From assembly GCF_006345805.1 (NCBI RefSeq), contig NC_042999.1, positions 108,500,001-108,564,000 of the forward strand: a DNA stretch of 64,000 nucleotides. The letters run 5' to 3'. Each line of letters opens with the position of its first letter. The stretch's first letter is position 1. A program made the position numbers and the translations under genes. The notes under the pieces are model-generated. The model worked only from the letters and a program-made list of their open reading frames with translations. It was not told the DNA's origin and did no database searches. Positions 1-13,249 of the stretch are shown here, in pieces. This DNA is from Octopus sinensis (Eukaryota).

Positions 1-89
1 ATATAATCACTTTGGCCTGAAGACCAATCTCCCAGATTTCTACCTACATCGCCATCTCTTATATATATATATCTTTGTAGCAAGTTGAT

Positions 90-620
90 TACTTACCTTA
101 TCTTGAAAGTCTTCTTGCCAACAAAGCTATTTCTGAAATAGTTGGTTGCTGATTACTGAAATACAAAACTAGATCAAAATTTAGGAACTAGTTAAATGAA
201 TCTGTAAGAAGAAAGATCTAAATCAAAGATTGAAGCTGATGGTTTATCAAGCTGTCATCATCTCAACATTACAGTTGTGAAACTTGGACACTGTAACATC
301 AGAACATCAAAAAGCTGGAGCATTTTCTGTTAACAAAAGCTCTGCATAACCAACAATGTTGTCTTTGAAAAAACTAATAGTCAAAACATAGAATCCATCA
401 CAAAACATTGGCTACAATGGTAAACACGTGGTTAAGATAAAAGATTTCCTTGTCAAATATTTTTCAGTGCATTAACTTCCCAGAAATGATGAGGATTTCC
501 TCTCCACCATTACAAAGAGGAACTAAAGTTAACCCTGGACATGGTTGGAACTGCAAGAAATAAGGGAAAACTGAAGTGCAAAACTGTTCCAAGTGGTGTT
601 ATTGCATCTCCATGAGAACC
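90..620 (+). mobile_element. Decayed RTE-clade LINE, 3' part of ORF2
   Basis: Frameshifted translation gives LKLMVYQAVIIST, SCETWTL and IKKLEHF, resembling the RTE C-terminal region (YGCETWTL...IKKLERF). Confidence 0.65.
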
Positions 621-669
621 AATCTTAAAGTGAAAAGAAACTGAGTTGAAGGAAAATGTCAAGAATAAG

Positions 670-802
670 GACATCCAGCTGTAGAAACTCTGCCAGATCA
701 AAATTGGAGCCTGGTGCAACCATCTGGTTTGCCAGTCCTCAGTCAAATCGTCCAACCCATGCTAGTATGGAAAGCGGGTGTTAAACAATGATGATGATGA
801 CA
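670..802 (+). mobile_element. SINE family C 3' part (RTE-like tail ending in (TGA)n)
   Basis: catccagctgtagaaac...ccaacccatgctagtatggaaagcgggtgttaaacaatgatgatgatga; same motif recurs about 10 times in the window. Confidence 0.8.
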
Positions 803-2060
803 CAATGCAATGTCAGCTACTTCACCACCAATGCTTCCTTGCCATCTTTGTTTCTGTCTGTTTCACACCTGGCTTAGCCTTCCTAGGTATAATCTCCATC
901 AACATAGAAGAACCACTCAATCTGGAGGAAATTGATATTTTTGAATACAAGAATCTATGAACAATGTGTGTGTGCATGCACATGTGTGCATGTGTACACG
1001 TGTGTGTAAATTTTTTGTATATACACTTGTGATGGAGACAAAAATTGTGCTTATTATTTTTCAAGCTGAAAAAAAAAATATATCTGATGAAATCTATATT
1101 TTACAATATTCAGGTAATGAGGTGTAACTATGACTATTATAGTCTTTCCTTTCCATTTAATACTTTTCATATTTAATTTGATATATTAGCCCTGAGTCTG
1201 ACAGCTTGATGTAAATAGGTTTACAGAAATGTATTCATGCAGCTTGTTTTAAATGTACAAAAAAAAAATTTGTTTTATTTCTTTTATATTAAAAGTTGTT
1301 TTGGTTTTTAATCTATTATTTAAGAGCTTTCATGACATATTTTCCTGAATATATATATTTTTTATTACAAATGAGTTGTAAACTAATTTGTATTGACATC
1401 ACAAAAATTGTTTCTAGTTGCAACAGGATAGAGACTATAAGGAATAGAGATATTACTATAAATGTCCTTTAAACTAGTAATAATCCAACTGAAGATTAGT
1501 TTTGGAAATTATGTAGCAGGTGTACAATGAAATTTCTGTAGTTGTAATGACTTTATTTTTGCTATGTCTCATATTTTCCAACTGAAATTAATTAACTGAA
1601 GAATTCTTAACTTAAACAGTTTGCTTTATTATTTATTTTTTCCCAAACATTCAGGTTGAAATTTATTTACTTGCTCAGTTAAAAATTAGTCTTTTCATAA
1701 TATTTTCGGATTAATTTTTTTTTTTTTGATGCAGTACAAGGCCTGTTTTTGTTAGATAGTTTATTCATGTGACACCACTAGATTACTAGCTTTGTGACCA
1801 TGACTGAACAAAAAAGACAAAAGCTATGGTAGAATTTTAGCATCATGCAGTTTGCTTTTATTTTAATTTTTTTTTTTATGAAAGCATTGCTATCTCTTCA
1901 GAAAAATTACACAAATAAATAACATCTTCATCATCATAAATGTTGCTGTTACACAACACTTGATTATCCACTAAAGGATGAGAAAAGTGTTAAACCTACC
2001 ATAAAATCAAATTCAAATAAACAGAAATGACTATAAAATAGTAAAAAAAATTGTTTTCAG

Positions 2061-2100
2061 GTGATATGCTTTGGTTATGTAGAATCATCAATGGAGACTG
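2061..2100 (+). CDS. Candidate 40-nt exon, gene unidentified
   Basis: ttgttttcag acceptor and gtaggg donor; two open frames (GDMLWLCRIINGDW or VICFGYVESSMETG). No homology support. Confidence 0.25.
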
Positions 2101-3805
2101 GTAGGGTCTATAAACAAAGCTTTTATAAAAACTATTGATTGCATGACATTCACTAATCTTTCAGCTATGATATTTAACCACAGGGAGTTGTGGATAATAT
2201 TTATCTGTTTTCCATTTATTAGCTAACATATTTCCATGTTCTGCAACCTCTAAGATCTGTGAAATGAAAATAGAAATTTATGTTCCTTGAAAGAAGACAT
2301 TTTACATTCAAAAAATTAAGAGAAAAGGTTTTACACAAAATCCAAGTTACCATAGCAATCAGTATTCACATTGGACAAAATAATTTTGGAAACGCAGTCT
2401 ACAGTTTTAGTAATAACAAAGGCATGGAACATTGAGCTATTCCACAGTGATAGCCCTGTTAGTTATAGTTCTCTGTTAAAAGATAAAGTATGAAAAAACA
2501 GTGCCCACAAACAACGAATGAAAAGTGATACGCATAACAAAAAGCAAAGAACAGATATAAAGAAATACTAAAACCACTGATATTACTCTCATCTTGGAGA
2601 GTTGTTTAAATACTAAGAGATAATTTCTACCCGTCTAAATATGAATGTTTGATAACTACTATTGAGAATTTCCTGAAGCTAATAAATTCTTCCTTTTACA
2701 AGTATAAAATCATGATGTTTTAGGGGTAAAACATTGAATTTATTTACTCTCTTCTCTGTCTATGGTTTCTTTGGTCTTTTTATTTAATTTTTTTTTTGAT
2801 AACCCATTTCACAAAAATGGCTCATCTGTTTCTCATTAAATTATATACCAGTATAAATCATTTTGAGTTTTAAAATATTTAACCCATATCTGTTACAACT
2901 TGACGAATTTCAATGTGTGTGTTTTCATGATATTAATATTACACACTGTTGCATCATGATTGAAATGATCTATTTGCCAAACTGTCATATCTGCATATAA
3001 ATGACCTGAGTTCTTTTAACATGCGCTATAAAAATATGCCAAAATGTTGAAGTATATTTGTCATAATTTATACACTGTCAAAGCTTATTTTGAAAGCAAT
3101 AGCTGGCTAAAAAAAATGACATTTCTTCTAGCTGGCTTCATTTTTTTGTGACTCAGATGGATAATGATGAAGAGGATAGCTTTTTAGGCCTTCTTGCTTA
3201 GAATGAACTGTAAGGAGTGAGATAATTACAGTTGACATTTCATTTGAATTATTGTTGCTAACTACATGGAGGAAATACAGAGAGAGGTGGAAGAAAGCAT
3301 CCTAAGGGGAAAAGGCCTGGTAAAAAGGGCTTTGTACACAATTTGAAAATTAATAGTGATTTTCAAAAGTATAGATACAAGTGACTACATTGCATCTGTT
3401 TAAATTTGGTGGAATAGAGTTAACAAGTTCTAAGGGGAAGAGACTAATACAGCATAAGTGAAAAGATGCAAAGAGAAGATATGGTGAATATGCGGTTTCA
3501 TGTTGTTGAGCACCACTGAGAGTTTGCTATTTTTCTTTTGTATTGTCAGAATATGTACAATGATGACAACAGCAATAACAATATGGGTGGTATTAGTAGT
3601 TATTTCATCTGAAATATGTGTCATGCTACAGACTACAATTTCTATAATGACCAAAGTTATCATTCAGCTACGGTAGTAGTTGAATAATATTCTTAAGGCC
3701 ATAATTTGCTCATACACAGCATCTTTCAGAGCTTGTTGCTAATTCAGTTCTTAACCAAGTTGAAAGCTGTTAACATTTTTGAAGAGGACTAGTCCCCAGC
3801 TATAT

Positions 3806-3905
3806 TTTATATAAAAATTTATGAATTTATATTAAAGTTTATATAAAAATTTATGAATTTATATTAAAGTTTATATAAATTTATATTACAGTTTATATAA
3901 AAATT
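3806..3905. repeat. AT-rich 32-bp tandem repeat, 2 full plus degenerate copies
   Basis: tttatataaaaatttatgaatttatattaaag repeated at 3806 and 3838. Confidence 0.85.
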
Positions 3906-4393
3906 TGTAGCAGCATTATAGGAGAGTAAATAACGCCACCCATCAAGTTTAGATCTAAATAACTTTTTTAAATTTTAAAAGCAAAACACATTTATCTTAG
4001 CAGAAGAAAGCATGAAGAATTTCATAGTTTTGGTCCCATGCAACAAAAATTTGTATCAAAAAAGTTGTGAGATAAAATATCATGAAAATATATATAAGGC
4101 AGAAAATTAGATTTAAGTATTATGAACTTTTTATTTTAAAACAAACCTATATTTCAGTTAAGCGAGGAATTCCACTGTATCAATCTCATGCAATGAAGTT
4201 TTAAAAGAAAAAAGTTATCAGTGTTTGTTTCTCAAATTTGAGGGTAATATAGTTCTATACTTTTAATGAATATAGTTCTATAAGGGGACTTTTAATATAT
4301 GTCACCAGCATCATTGAGGTAAGGAAAAAATTATCAATGATACTGCTAATTGACACATTTGACACATTTATTAATTAGCATAATAGCATAGCC

Positions 4394-5290
4394 AAGAAAA
4401 AACATATGGAAAAATACGAGCAAGAGAAATAATATTTTTAAGATTATAAACCTGGAAAAGTACAGGACAAGTTATTACACTTGGAAAAGTTCAGGGCAAG
4501 TTATTACATCTGGTAAAGTCTAGAACAAGAAAACTTTTACTTAAAATATTGCAGCTAAGGATAAAATCTGAATATTAAAAATCATTTGATTTTAATTTAC
4601 AAAGTAAATTATAATTAAAAAAAAAAACATCATTTGGTTAAAATATTGACACACTAGAATACTTAAAAAATGAGAGCCAGATGTACCAATATAGCTAAAG
4701 TTTTATGTAAAGCAGAATAGTATATATTGTAGGCAAATTCATTATGTAAAAAATAGGCATTGGGTCAAGACTAAAAATGTGAAGACTTGGCAATAACTTA
4801 GGCCATAACTCAAGCAAATTGTACTGTGAATTTGTTGTTATACGTAGATTTTACTGTAATATTTAACTAATATTTGTATTATTCTATTTATTGTACTATG
4901 TACTACTATTATTTTTTATAACCTATTTTCTAATTGTTAATTAATAATTTTTAAAATGAGTATTTTTAAAGTGCAAAAAATATTTTGAGTTATTTTTTAC
5001 TTTTAATAGAAGTAACAATTGATAAAAAATAGAAGTAATAACTTGTAATAAAAGTTTTAGTTTTAATAAAAGCTAATATTTTCTAAATCTAAATATTTTA
5101 TTTGAAATTTTATCCTTAGCTGTAATATTTTAAGTAAAAATTTTCTTGTTCTGTACTTTACCAGATGTAATAACTTGTCCTGAACTTTTCCAAGTGTAGT
5201 AACTTGTCCTGTACTTTTCCAGGTTTATAAGCTAAAGAATATAATTTCTCTTGCTTGCAATTTTCCATGTAATTCAAGTTTGTTTTTCTT
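4394..5290. mobile_element. Foldback / MITE-like element with long inverted arms
   Basis: About 4394-4590 is the reverse complement of about 5090-5290; arms carry about 3 tandem 29-30 bp subrepeats (ctggaaaagtacaggacaagttattacac). Confidence 0.75.
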
Positions 5291-5419
5291 TTCCTATTCT
5301 GAAAAGGAAACCCAGTCTACAGAAGATAATATGACTTATTTGAAGAATGTTTCATCTTGTGAAAGCTTCTATCTTATGTACTCTCAAGTTGTGTTCAGCT
5401 TGTAACAATTTCATGGATA

Positions 5420-5700
5420 TGTCATGTCCAGTACTGCCTATTTCTCACACATATCTAATTCAGTTTATCAATCTGTTCACTTTCTTCACTTCCTGAGAAA
5501 TCGTCTTTTTCCATTTGAACCTTTAGTTCTTCCTCTGCCATCATAACATGACCAAAGAATTATAATCTTTGTTTGATAATCAATGCTTCTAAATTACTCT
5601 TGGGTTTCATTTGCTGCTTTATTCATGTATTTGTTGTTCTTTCTATCAAAGATATCTTCAGTAACCTTCTCTAGTACCACATTTCAATTCCATTAATTAT
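5420..5700 (-). mobile_element. Decayed RTE LINE fragment
   Basis: Minus translation EMWY*RRLLKISLIERTTN...LEALIIKQRL*FFGHVM matches the RTE motif FEMWCWRRMLRISW...RL.YFGHVMR. Confidence 0.7.
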
Positions 5701-6842
5701 CAAGGATTAAAAATACATTTTTAGGTTATACAAAAGCATCCTAAGAGAATTTGGTTCTTTTTTTTATGTATATTGCCCAAGTTTTAATGATGTATTGGTT
5801 GGAACACGTTTTCTTGAAATGGCTGATATTAATTTTTTGCTGCTTTTGAATGAGATTAGATTCTCAAGTCTTTGTTCCAGTTTTTGTTCCCATGTTCAAT
5901 GTCCGAAAGTTGAAAGAGAAATGCTTCACATGCTTAAGTTTATGTATAATGATTAGAGATGACAGAATGCTGTTAATGTAGGTACAATGTAGAAGGAAAT
6001 ATAAGACTGCAGTGAATACTCTGATTGATAGACTAGGTTGGATTTAATAGCTATCTGCAAGCTTTGCTAGTACCTAGAGCAGGTAGTTTTTTTTTTCTAA
6101 TATTCCTGAGAAAACGAGATCATGTAGATATGTGCGTGTGTTTTATATATATATATCATTTTAATGATGATGATAATAATAATAGTAGTAATAATAATGC
6201 TGGATGCATCAAGTCATTGTGGTAAAATGCATTTGGTCTGTCTTTAGTACAAATATGACTTGTATAGAAAATACAGATGACTCAGTACTTGATTGTTAAA
6301 TTTATCAATCACTGCATCAGGTACAGTTCATTCCATATCGATATTTGACATAAAATTCCAATAAGATGACATATGCTATACAACTCCATTTCGAAAGCAA
6401 CAAACATTGCTTGTAATGTGGTAATTAAATCTGTAAATAAAAGAGATGGAAGAGGTAGTCAAGTATTACAACTGTTTCAAAAGCAAACTGGTTGCATCTT
6501 ACATAATATTACAATTTCTTGTGGCCATTTAGTGTACTTTTCCATCAGGTACATACAACTGTTTAGTTGAAAACAGTGATGCTGTAATGGAGAGTGCAAA
6601 AGGAAGCAGGCTAGAAGATAGAATAAAAAAAGTGAGATTGGAATTGGTGAAAACCAATGGTGTACCCTACTCACCGGTTACCTTTGCAAGATAGGAGTGT
6701 GTGGTTTCATTTCTTTAGAAGCATACTCAAATTATTGCAGTGGATTATAATCTCATTAATGTACATGTGATATCAATGATGAGCAACTAGTGCACCAAAA
6801 GCTGGGATACTTTTTGCTTATGATAAATATGAGTAGTAAAAG

Positions 6843-6950
6843 CTCAATGGCTATGCGGTTAAGAAGCTCACTGCATGCCATCTATAGCCCTCAGCTAACA
6901 AGAGCATTTTGAGTGGATTTTGTGGACAGAAACTGAAAGAAACTTGTCTC
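6843..6950 (+). mobile_element. SINE family A, degenerate 5' part
   Basis: tggctatgcggttaagaagct...gagtggattttgtggacagaaactgaaagaaac, similar to the copy at 16379. Confidence 0.65.
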
Positions 6951-7429
6951 GTGTGTGTGTCTGTGTTTGTCCTTGTCTTGACATTGCATGAAAGTTAAAA
7001 GCAAGGGTCACCATGATACAAATGTTGTCAATCATTTCTAGTCTTCCATTAAAAACATGTGCAACTATGTGGAAATATTACTTCGCTTGGAAACAAGTTA
7101 AAGTAAGGCATCTAGTCGTAGAAAATCTGTCTCAATGAACTCCATCCAGCCCAAGCAAGCATAGAAAAGTGGGTGTTGCACCGACTAACATTGGAAGTGG
7201 AAGCAGCCGTAAGGAATGTTATGCCATGTTTTGTATAAAAAAAATCAACCAATCAACCAATGTGGTTCAATTTGTTTTGTATGTTGATCAAAAGTTTTCT
7301 CCATTTTCTGATTATTTATTTATGTGTGTGTGTGGTGAATTTGATTCTGCAGTAACTGTTAATCGGCACTGAAGAAAACATTACAGAGTGTAAAAAATGG
7401 TTGTTTGGAATTATTTCCATTAACTCCAA

Positions 7430-8200
7430 GATATTGAGATATGAATGATAACCGTAGTTCATTATTTAATTTAGCAAATTTCTAGATTCTGAAGTTGTCT
7501 TCAGTATGGGGTACTCTGTTTTATATTTCCAGTTTATGAGTAAGTGTTCAAAGAAGATGATGTATTAACATGTTCAGTTAGATGTGTACCAATTTGAGAC
7601 TATCAGATCCTTTTACTTTGATAGTTCTAATAAAGAGGTTGTTGCACTTGGCAGCTGTGAATCTATAGTTAGTGTGTTTATGGTGATTAGGTTAGAGAAA
7701 GGGAGTCCAACAGAGGATTTGTTGTATGTGAGGAGTAGATGGAGACGAAACATGCAGTGAATATGGATGAATCGCTCTACAGGAGTCATGTTTAAAGAGC
7801 CATCTGGTTTGAAGAGTGGCAGGTAGGAAGAATCATCAAAGTTGGGTGAAATCCTTTTAACAAGATACCAGGATGTGCCTGCAGCTGCTGAGAGCTTGCA
7901 TGCAATGCATTGCACAAAGCTTATTTTCTCTGCATAGTTCCTTTGAAATGAGCTTACAGAAGAATGAGATAGTGGACATTTTTTTTTTCCTACCCATCTA
8001 TTGTAGACTGTCTTTCTAAGCTGTACAGTAGCAGAACACTCTCATCAAAATTGTGTGGAATCTGCTTATTTATGGAATTAATAGTGTATGTAATGTAAAG
8101 AGACATACGTAAGATTATTGTCTCCATAACTTGTTTGGTTGTACTGAATAGCCTGAGTGAAAAACTTTCATTGTCAATTGTAGTCAGTGCAGAATATATA
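7430..8200 (-). mobile_element. Decayed CR1/Jockey-like LINE ORF2 fragment
   Basis: ORF 7613-7915 SWYLVKRISPNFDDSSYLPLFKPDGSL resembles the LINE linker FWHLAKNISNNF..SSFPPLF.PDG. Confidence 0.65.
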
Positions 8201-8364
8201 CAAATAATGTGCATTTGGATAAATATTGGTTACATATAAGTAGAAAGTATTTAAGAAATATCTTGAAAAGTTGTCATCATAAGATCCTGTTATTTTGTTT
8301 CTACATTAATATATTTTTCTGATATTACCACTAAAAGCCTGACATTTCATATTTGTTGTTCTAG

Positions 8365-8375
8365 AATAAAAAGAG
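8365..8375 (+). other. Candidate 11-nt microexon
   Basis: catatttgttgttctag|aataaaaagag|gtaagt: pyrimidine-rich acceptor and perfect donor. Confidence 0.25.
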
Positions 8376-9849
8376 GTAAGTTAGGGATTTCTTCTTCAGC
8401 ATTAGAATCACATTAGGTTTCAAAACTTTTTAATAAAATTACAATGTTAAATCCTTAAAGCATTCTTGAAATGTAGATAATGAAAAGAAATCCTTGAGAG
8501 CCAGCTTTAGTTTCTATACATTGTGGTTTTATAATATGAATTCATGATAGTGAAGTGTGCTAGTTATTTGTGTGAGCTTATATATACACATAATCATTTT
8601 CTGTGGAAGCAAGTAATACTGATGTTAGGTTGAGCTTTGTGAAACTCTCATTGTAATATGCTCATAATATGAATGAATTCTGTTGACTGCTTGTGAAATA
8701 AAATATGACAGATGTAAATGTGCTTTGATATATGTATTATATAATGGAGCATCAACATTGTGGAAGGGACAGTTACTGACTTACGTTCCTAACAAAACAG
8801 AATTGTCAGGAAAATAGGGATTGAATTTCATTTCAATATATTAATAGCTTTCATACAATTATAATTTGAAAATTCCTGAGAATTATTTCTTGGGTATGTT
8901 CTGTGTAGCAGTAAAGTTGAATGAAATAAATTGTGAATGCTATCAACTACTTTAATATCATTGGTTTATCAATGCTAAGATAGTTTGCTAATGCTAGGTA
9001 TATTTGTACTCATTAAAATCATATTACTGATACCCAAAGTTTTTGAAAGGAAATATTTTTTTAATAATGCCAGGCTTCTAAATACCATGTGACAATAAAT
9101 TTTAGGAATCTAAAGCAGAAAAAGCACCAATTTTTTAAAACTTCTCTAAGCATTCCTTTTGTCACATAGATTATATAAATGATAACTATATAAGAAATTC
9201 CTTCATATGCACAAAGATTATTTTCTGTTTAATTTATAGAGAAGAAACAGTGAGAACATAAAGTCGGTTCAGCTAGTTTTAGGTCTAGATCCGAGAGATA
9301 CTAGGATGGTGTTAAGAGGGTTGAGAAGTTCTGAAAGATAAGTAAAAGGAAATTTTCAAGGGGATACATTTGGGGGAAGAAGAACTGAAAAATGCACAGA
9401 ATCTGTGAAAAGATGAAATACTGTGAGGGGGATTTGAAGAGGAAGTACTATCACAATTTTTTTTTTTTTAGTATGTACCTCATCTATGTTCTAGTGTTGC
9501 TGAATGGGACTAGAGTACTGTGTCCTCATTGTAGAATATTCTTGTGAAGTTCCTGTTAATGGAAGATGTTGATTCATAACTGCAGATAATTATATGTTTC
9601 AGGCAATATATATGTAGAAATTAAGAAAAATTTATGGTAATTAGTATAATCTATATAGGAGTGTGTAGGTGTGTGTGGATTTGGTTGGAAGTAACAATAC
9701 ATTAGTCGCTAATGAAGATAAGGTACACGATTGGTTAAAAAGTCAAGCTTAGAATAATGCCTTATTTAAAGGTCTCATCTGTACAATCTACTTTAGAGCT
9801 TATGATTCTGATGGTCAGTGATTACTTAATCCTATCACAGAGTTAGCAA

Positions 9850-10330
9850 CATTTCCTCTTCATTTTAAATGCTAACAGGATCAGCAACATTCCTTTCCTA
9901 GAAGTTCCTAAGTACAAAAGACCACCAGAGTCTAAAATAATATAATTTTTTATTCAGACAAAGTCTTTTTGTAGTTACTGGGTGAAAAAAGATATTCTAA
10001 AATGTTAGGAAGATGGTTGCATATTGTTTGAACAACAGAAAAGATGCCTGTTGGTATTTCTACATTCTCATTCAAATCTTTCCTGAGTTGCATAGTGAAT
10101 TGGCAGAATCATTAGTGCATAAAACAAAATACTATTCTCATAGTATGTTGAAAGCCTTCGACGGATTTTGGTACATAATACACCTTTAGCCTACAGAAAG
10201 TGGTTCACTGGATGCTCTTTTCATTGGAGCAAATAAAAAAAAATGGAGTAGCTATGGTTAATGTAATAACTATGAAAAATTAATTGATGTTTCAAGTTCA
10301 AGTGTGTACCAAGGTGACTAGAGGTGAACC
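9850..10330 (+). mobile_element. Decayed CR1/Jockey-like reverse transcriptase fragment
   Basis: atgttgaaagccttcgacggattttggtac = MLKAFDGFWY (cf. SKAFDRVWH); gtgtaccaaggt resembles GVPQGS. Confidence 0.55.
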
Positions 10331-10659
10331 ATGTCTAGTGATTTGCAATACTCTTATAATGTGTTTCCAATAGAAAAAATTTGAAGTGCATTGCACTAAT
10401 TATTTCATAATTGACAAAATTATGTCAGTTATGAAAAACTGAAATATATTAATATGCAAGTTAATTTGTATAATTTCATTTCATTACTCTTCTAATTGTG
10501 AACTTCTGCAGCATATTTGATTAATTAGAATCCAGGTTGTTACGGTTCACTTGTGTTATTCATGTTCACATGACACATAAACATTGACTGTTGAGGTAAC
10601 AAGGAAGCCACTTTTCAGTCACTCAACTTGCTAGAAGTAGTAACCAATTCTCCCTCAAA

Positions 10660-10670
10660 ATAGATAAAAG

Positions 10671-10714
<44 letters not shown>

Positions 10715-10725
10715 TAAAAGTAAAA

Positions 10726-10756
<31 letters not shown>

Positions 10757-10767
10757 TAAAAGTAAAA

Positions 10768-10798
<31 letters not shown>

Positions 10799-10806
10799 TA
10801 AAAGTA

Positions 10807-10858
<52 letters not shown>

Positions 10859-10912
10859 TAAATAAATAAAAGTAAAAATATATATATAATATATATATAT
10901 AATATATATATA
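10660..10912. repeat. Compound (TA)n / aaataaataaataaaagtaaaaa minisatellite
   Basis: About 4-5 units of variable (TA)n plus a fixed A-rich spacer. Confidence 0.9.
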
Positions 10913-11212
10913 TGTGGATGCACAACGGCCCAGTGGTTAGGGCAGCGGACTTGCGGTTGTAGGGTCGCTGTTTCGATTCTCGGACCGGGCGTTGTAAGTG
11001 TTTATTGAGCAAAAACACCTAAAGCACCACAAGACTCCGGCAGGGGGGGAGGTGGCTGCTGTACTCATTCGCCACAACTTTCTCTCACTCTTTCTTTTGT
11101 TGGCTTGCTCACTTAGCCAACGGGGTGGCGTCATTTGAAGGCTAAAACAATGCGAAGTGCATTGTGACCAGCGATGTGTAGTAACATCTGATAGCCTGGT
11201 CAGTCACGGTGA
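10913..11212 (+). mobile_element. tRNA-derived SINE, full-length-looking
   Basis: Head ggatgcacaacggcccagtggttagggcagcggac...gtttcgattctcggaccgggcg with A-box and B-box-like motifs, followed by non-tRNA body. Confidence 0.8.
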
Positions 11213-11269
11213 TATCATCATCATCATCATTTAGCATCCGTTTTCGATGCTAGCATGGGTTGGACGGTT

Positions 11270-11502
<233 letters not shown>

Positions 11503-11600
11503 TGGATAATGTAGTGCCTGATAAACAGTAATATGATTTATCGGTTTCTACATTATTTTCATGCATGATTTATGAATCTGGTGTTTGTGTGTTGTATCAG

Positions 11601-11625
11601 GAATTATTGCACTCCATTGACTGAG
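11601..11625 (+). CDS. Candidate 25-nt exon (NYCTPLTE)
   Basis: gtgttgtatcag acceptor, gtattg donor, one open frame; phase-compatible with 2061-2100 and 11794-11844. Confidence 0.15.
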
Positions 11626-11793
11626 GTATTGAAATTGTTACAAACAGAAATGATGTTTGTTGTAGATATATCTTTAATGAGGTATGTAGAATTTAACTTT
11701 TAATGTAATTCATGAAAGATCAATTCAAATGCAATGTTTTGATAGAGTCCATGCTTTTGTCTTGTAAATTCTCTACTTTATTGATCTTCACAG

Positions 11794-11844
11794 GAATATC
11801 TTACAAGAAAAAATTACAATATTTTAACTGTGATCTTAGAAAGA
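11794..11844 (+). CDS. Candidate 51-nt exon (EYLTRKNYNILTVILER)
   Basis: ttattgatcttcacag acceptor, weak gtaacc donor, 17 open codons. Confidence 0.2.
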
Positions 11845-12449
11845 GTAACCAATCACTTTACAATTAACGCATTTGATATTCATTTTTTGTTTTAATCCAT
11901 TTTATCACAATTTTTCCACTGGCTTTAAGAAATACTTTCTTTTGTCCATTACAGTGCACTGTCTAGTTCTTTTTGCTAATGCAAACTACAACATACTTCT
12001 CAATTTGATTATATCCAAATACTTTCTTTCTAATAGGTCTCACATTTTCCTTTTACCATAGCTATATTTTTTCTATTCTCCAACAGTGTATTACTTAATA
12101 ACTGGTGACAAGAAAGGTGCTTTATTCGTGCCAGTCTTTTATTACTATTATTATTATTTAAAGTAACACTAAGCTGACATACAGCTAGAGCTGTAATCAA
12201 TATTTTATGTTACTGAATACAATGCCTCCCTATTTTGAAATTAGATTCCTTACTACTTGATTTAGCATAAAATCCATTCAGTGTTGATGTACCACAAATA
12301 TACTAGTGATGATCAACAAAAAGAAATTAATTCTTTTTCCATAGTTGTATTGCCCATATATTCAGATATTGTAGATCAAAAAAGATTTAGGAAGCCTGAA
12401 GCAGTTTATGATTCCTATGTTACAGTTGAAAGATAGAAAAAGAAAGTTT

Positions 12450-12995
12450 TTAGTCAAATAAGTGTAAAAAGAGCTTAAAGGATATACAAGTAGCTGTCAA
12501 ATTCAGATAGCAACACAATACCCATTTCTGAAAAGAAAGGAGAAATCTTCCAACAATAACCGTGAAAATTGAAACCCTGTTATTTATAAGACTGTAAAAG
12601 ATGTTTATATATCTAATTAAATCATTTGAAGCATTACTGATGTAACTTGTAAGACAATAAAGTACCAGTAACATTTTGTTCACAAACTTAAAATGCTCAG
12701 TCATTTTAGCTTTGAGCCTAATGTAGTGATTCAGTAGCATGGAACAAATTGCCGGCATCATTTGTTAGTTGTCGGAGCACAGCATCCTTCAAAACTTCCA
12801 TGCTTCCTGAGATCCGCCAACACTACACCTGATTTTCTCCCCTCCATACACACGCAAGCATGTATCTGACTCATACACTGTTCACTTCCCAGACATTTGT
12901 ACATTACTGCATATGCTTTATATGCACTTTTGACAAGTTGTGGTTCACATGAGCACTGTATACAATAATTTCATTATTATTATTATTATTATTAT
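12450..12995 (+). mobile_element. CR1/L2-type LINE 3' end with 3' UTR and (ATT)n tail
   Basis: AWNKLPASFVSCRSTASFKTSMLPEIRQHYT* followed by UTR and ttattattatt tail. Confidence 0.75.
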
Positions 12996-13249
12996 TTTAC
13001 AGTACCTATCTATGAAATAAAACATTTTTTTATGTATAGTTTTCCCCTCAGTTTAACCAGTAGATTGATTCTCTAAGTCACTCTGCAAATCAAAATTGTG
13101 TAAATCAAGTGAAATAAGTGTTTGATGATATTATCAATAAAAGAAAAAAAAAACAATATGTAAACAATTATTCAAATAGAAATAAATAAATTGATTATCA
13201 TGTCTGTTTTCTCTTTGTCCATGTTTATTTCTACACTGATTTAAGAATT

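Noticed and set aside
97-135. Minus-strand mini-exon with perfect gtaagt donor
   Set aside because: Lies inside the antisense of an RTE remnant; likely a chance cryptic site.
2061-2100. SH3-like reading (GD.....R.INGDW)
   Set aside because: No flanking exons completing an SH3 (ALYD/ELSF, G.FP..YV) could be found; resemblance may be chance.
10913-10990. tRNA-like sequence
   Set aside because: It runs into a SINE body and has imperfect stems; it is a SINE head, not a tRNA gene.
12345-12436. Exon-like frame VVLPIYSDIVDQKRFRKPEAVYDSYVTVER*
   Set aside because: No donor, and it directly precedes the decayed CR1/L2 3' end, so it is probably part of it.
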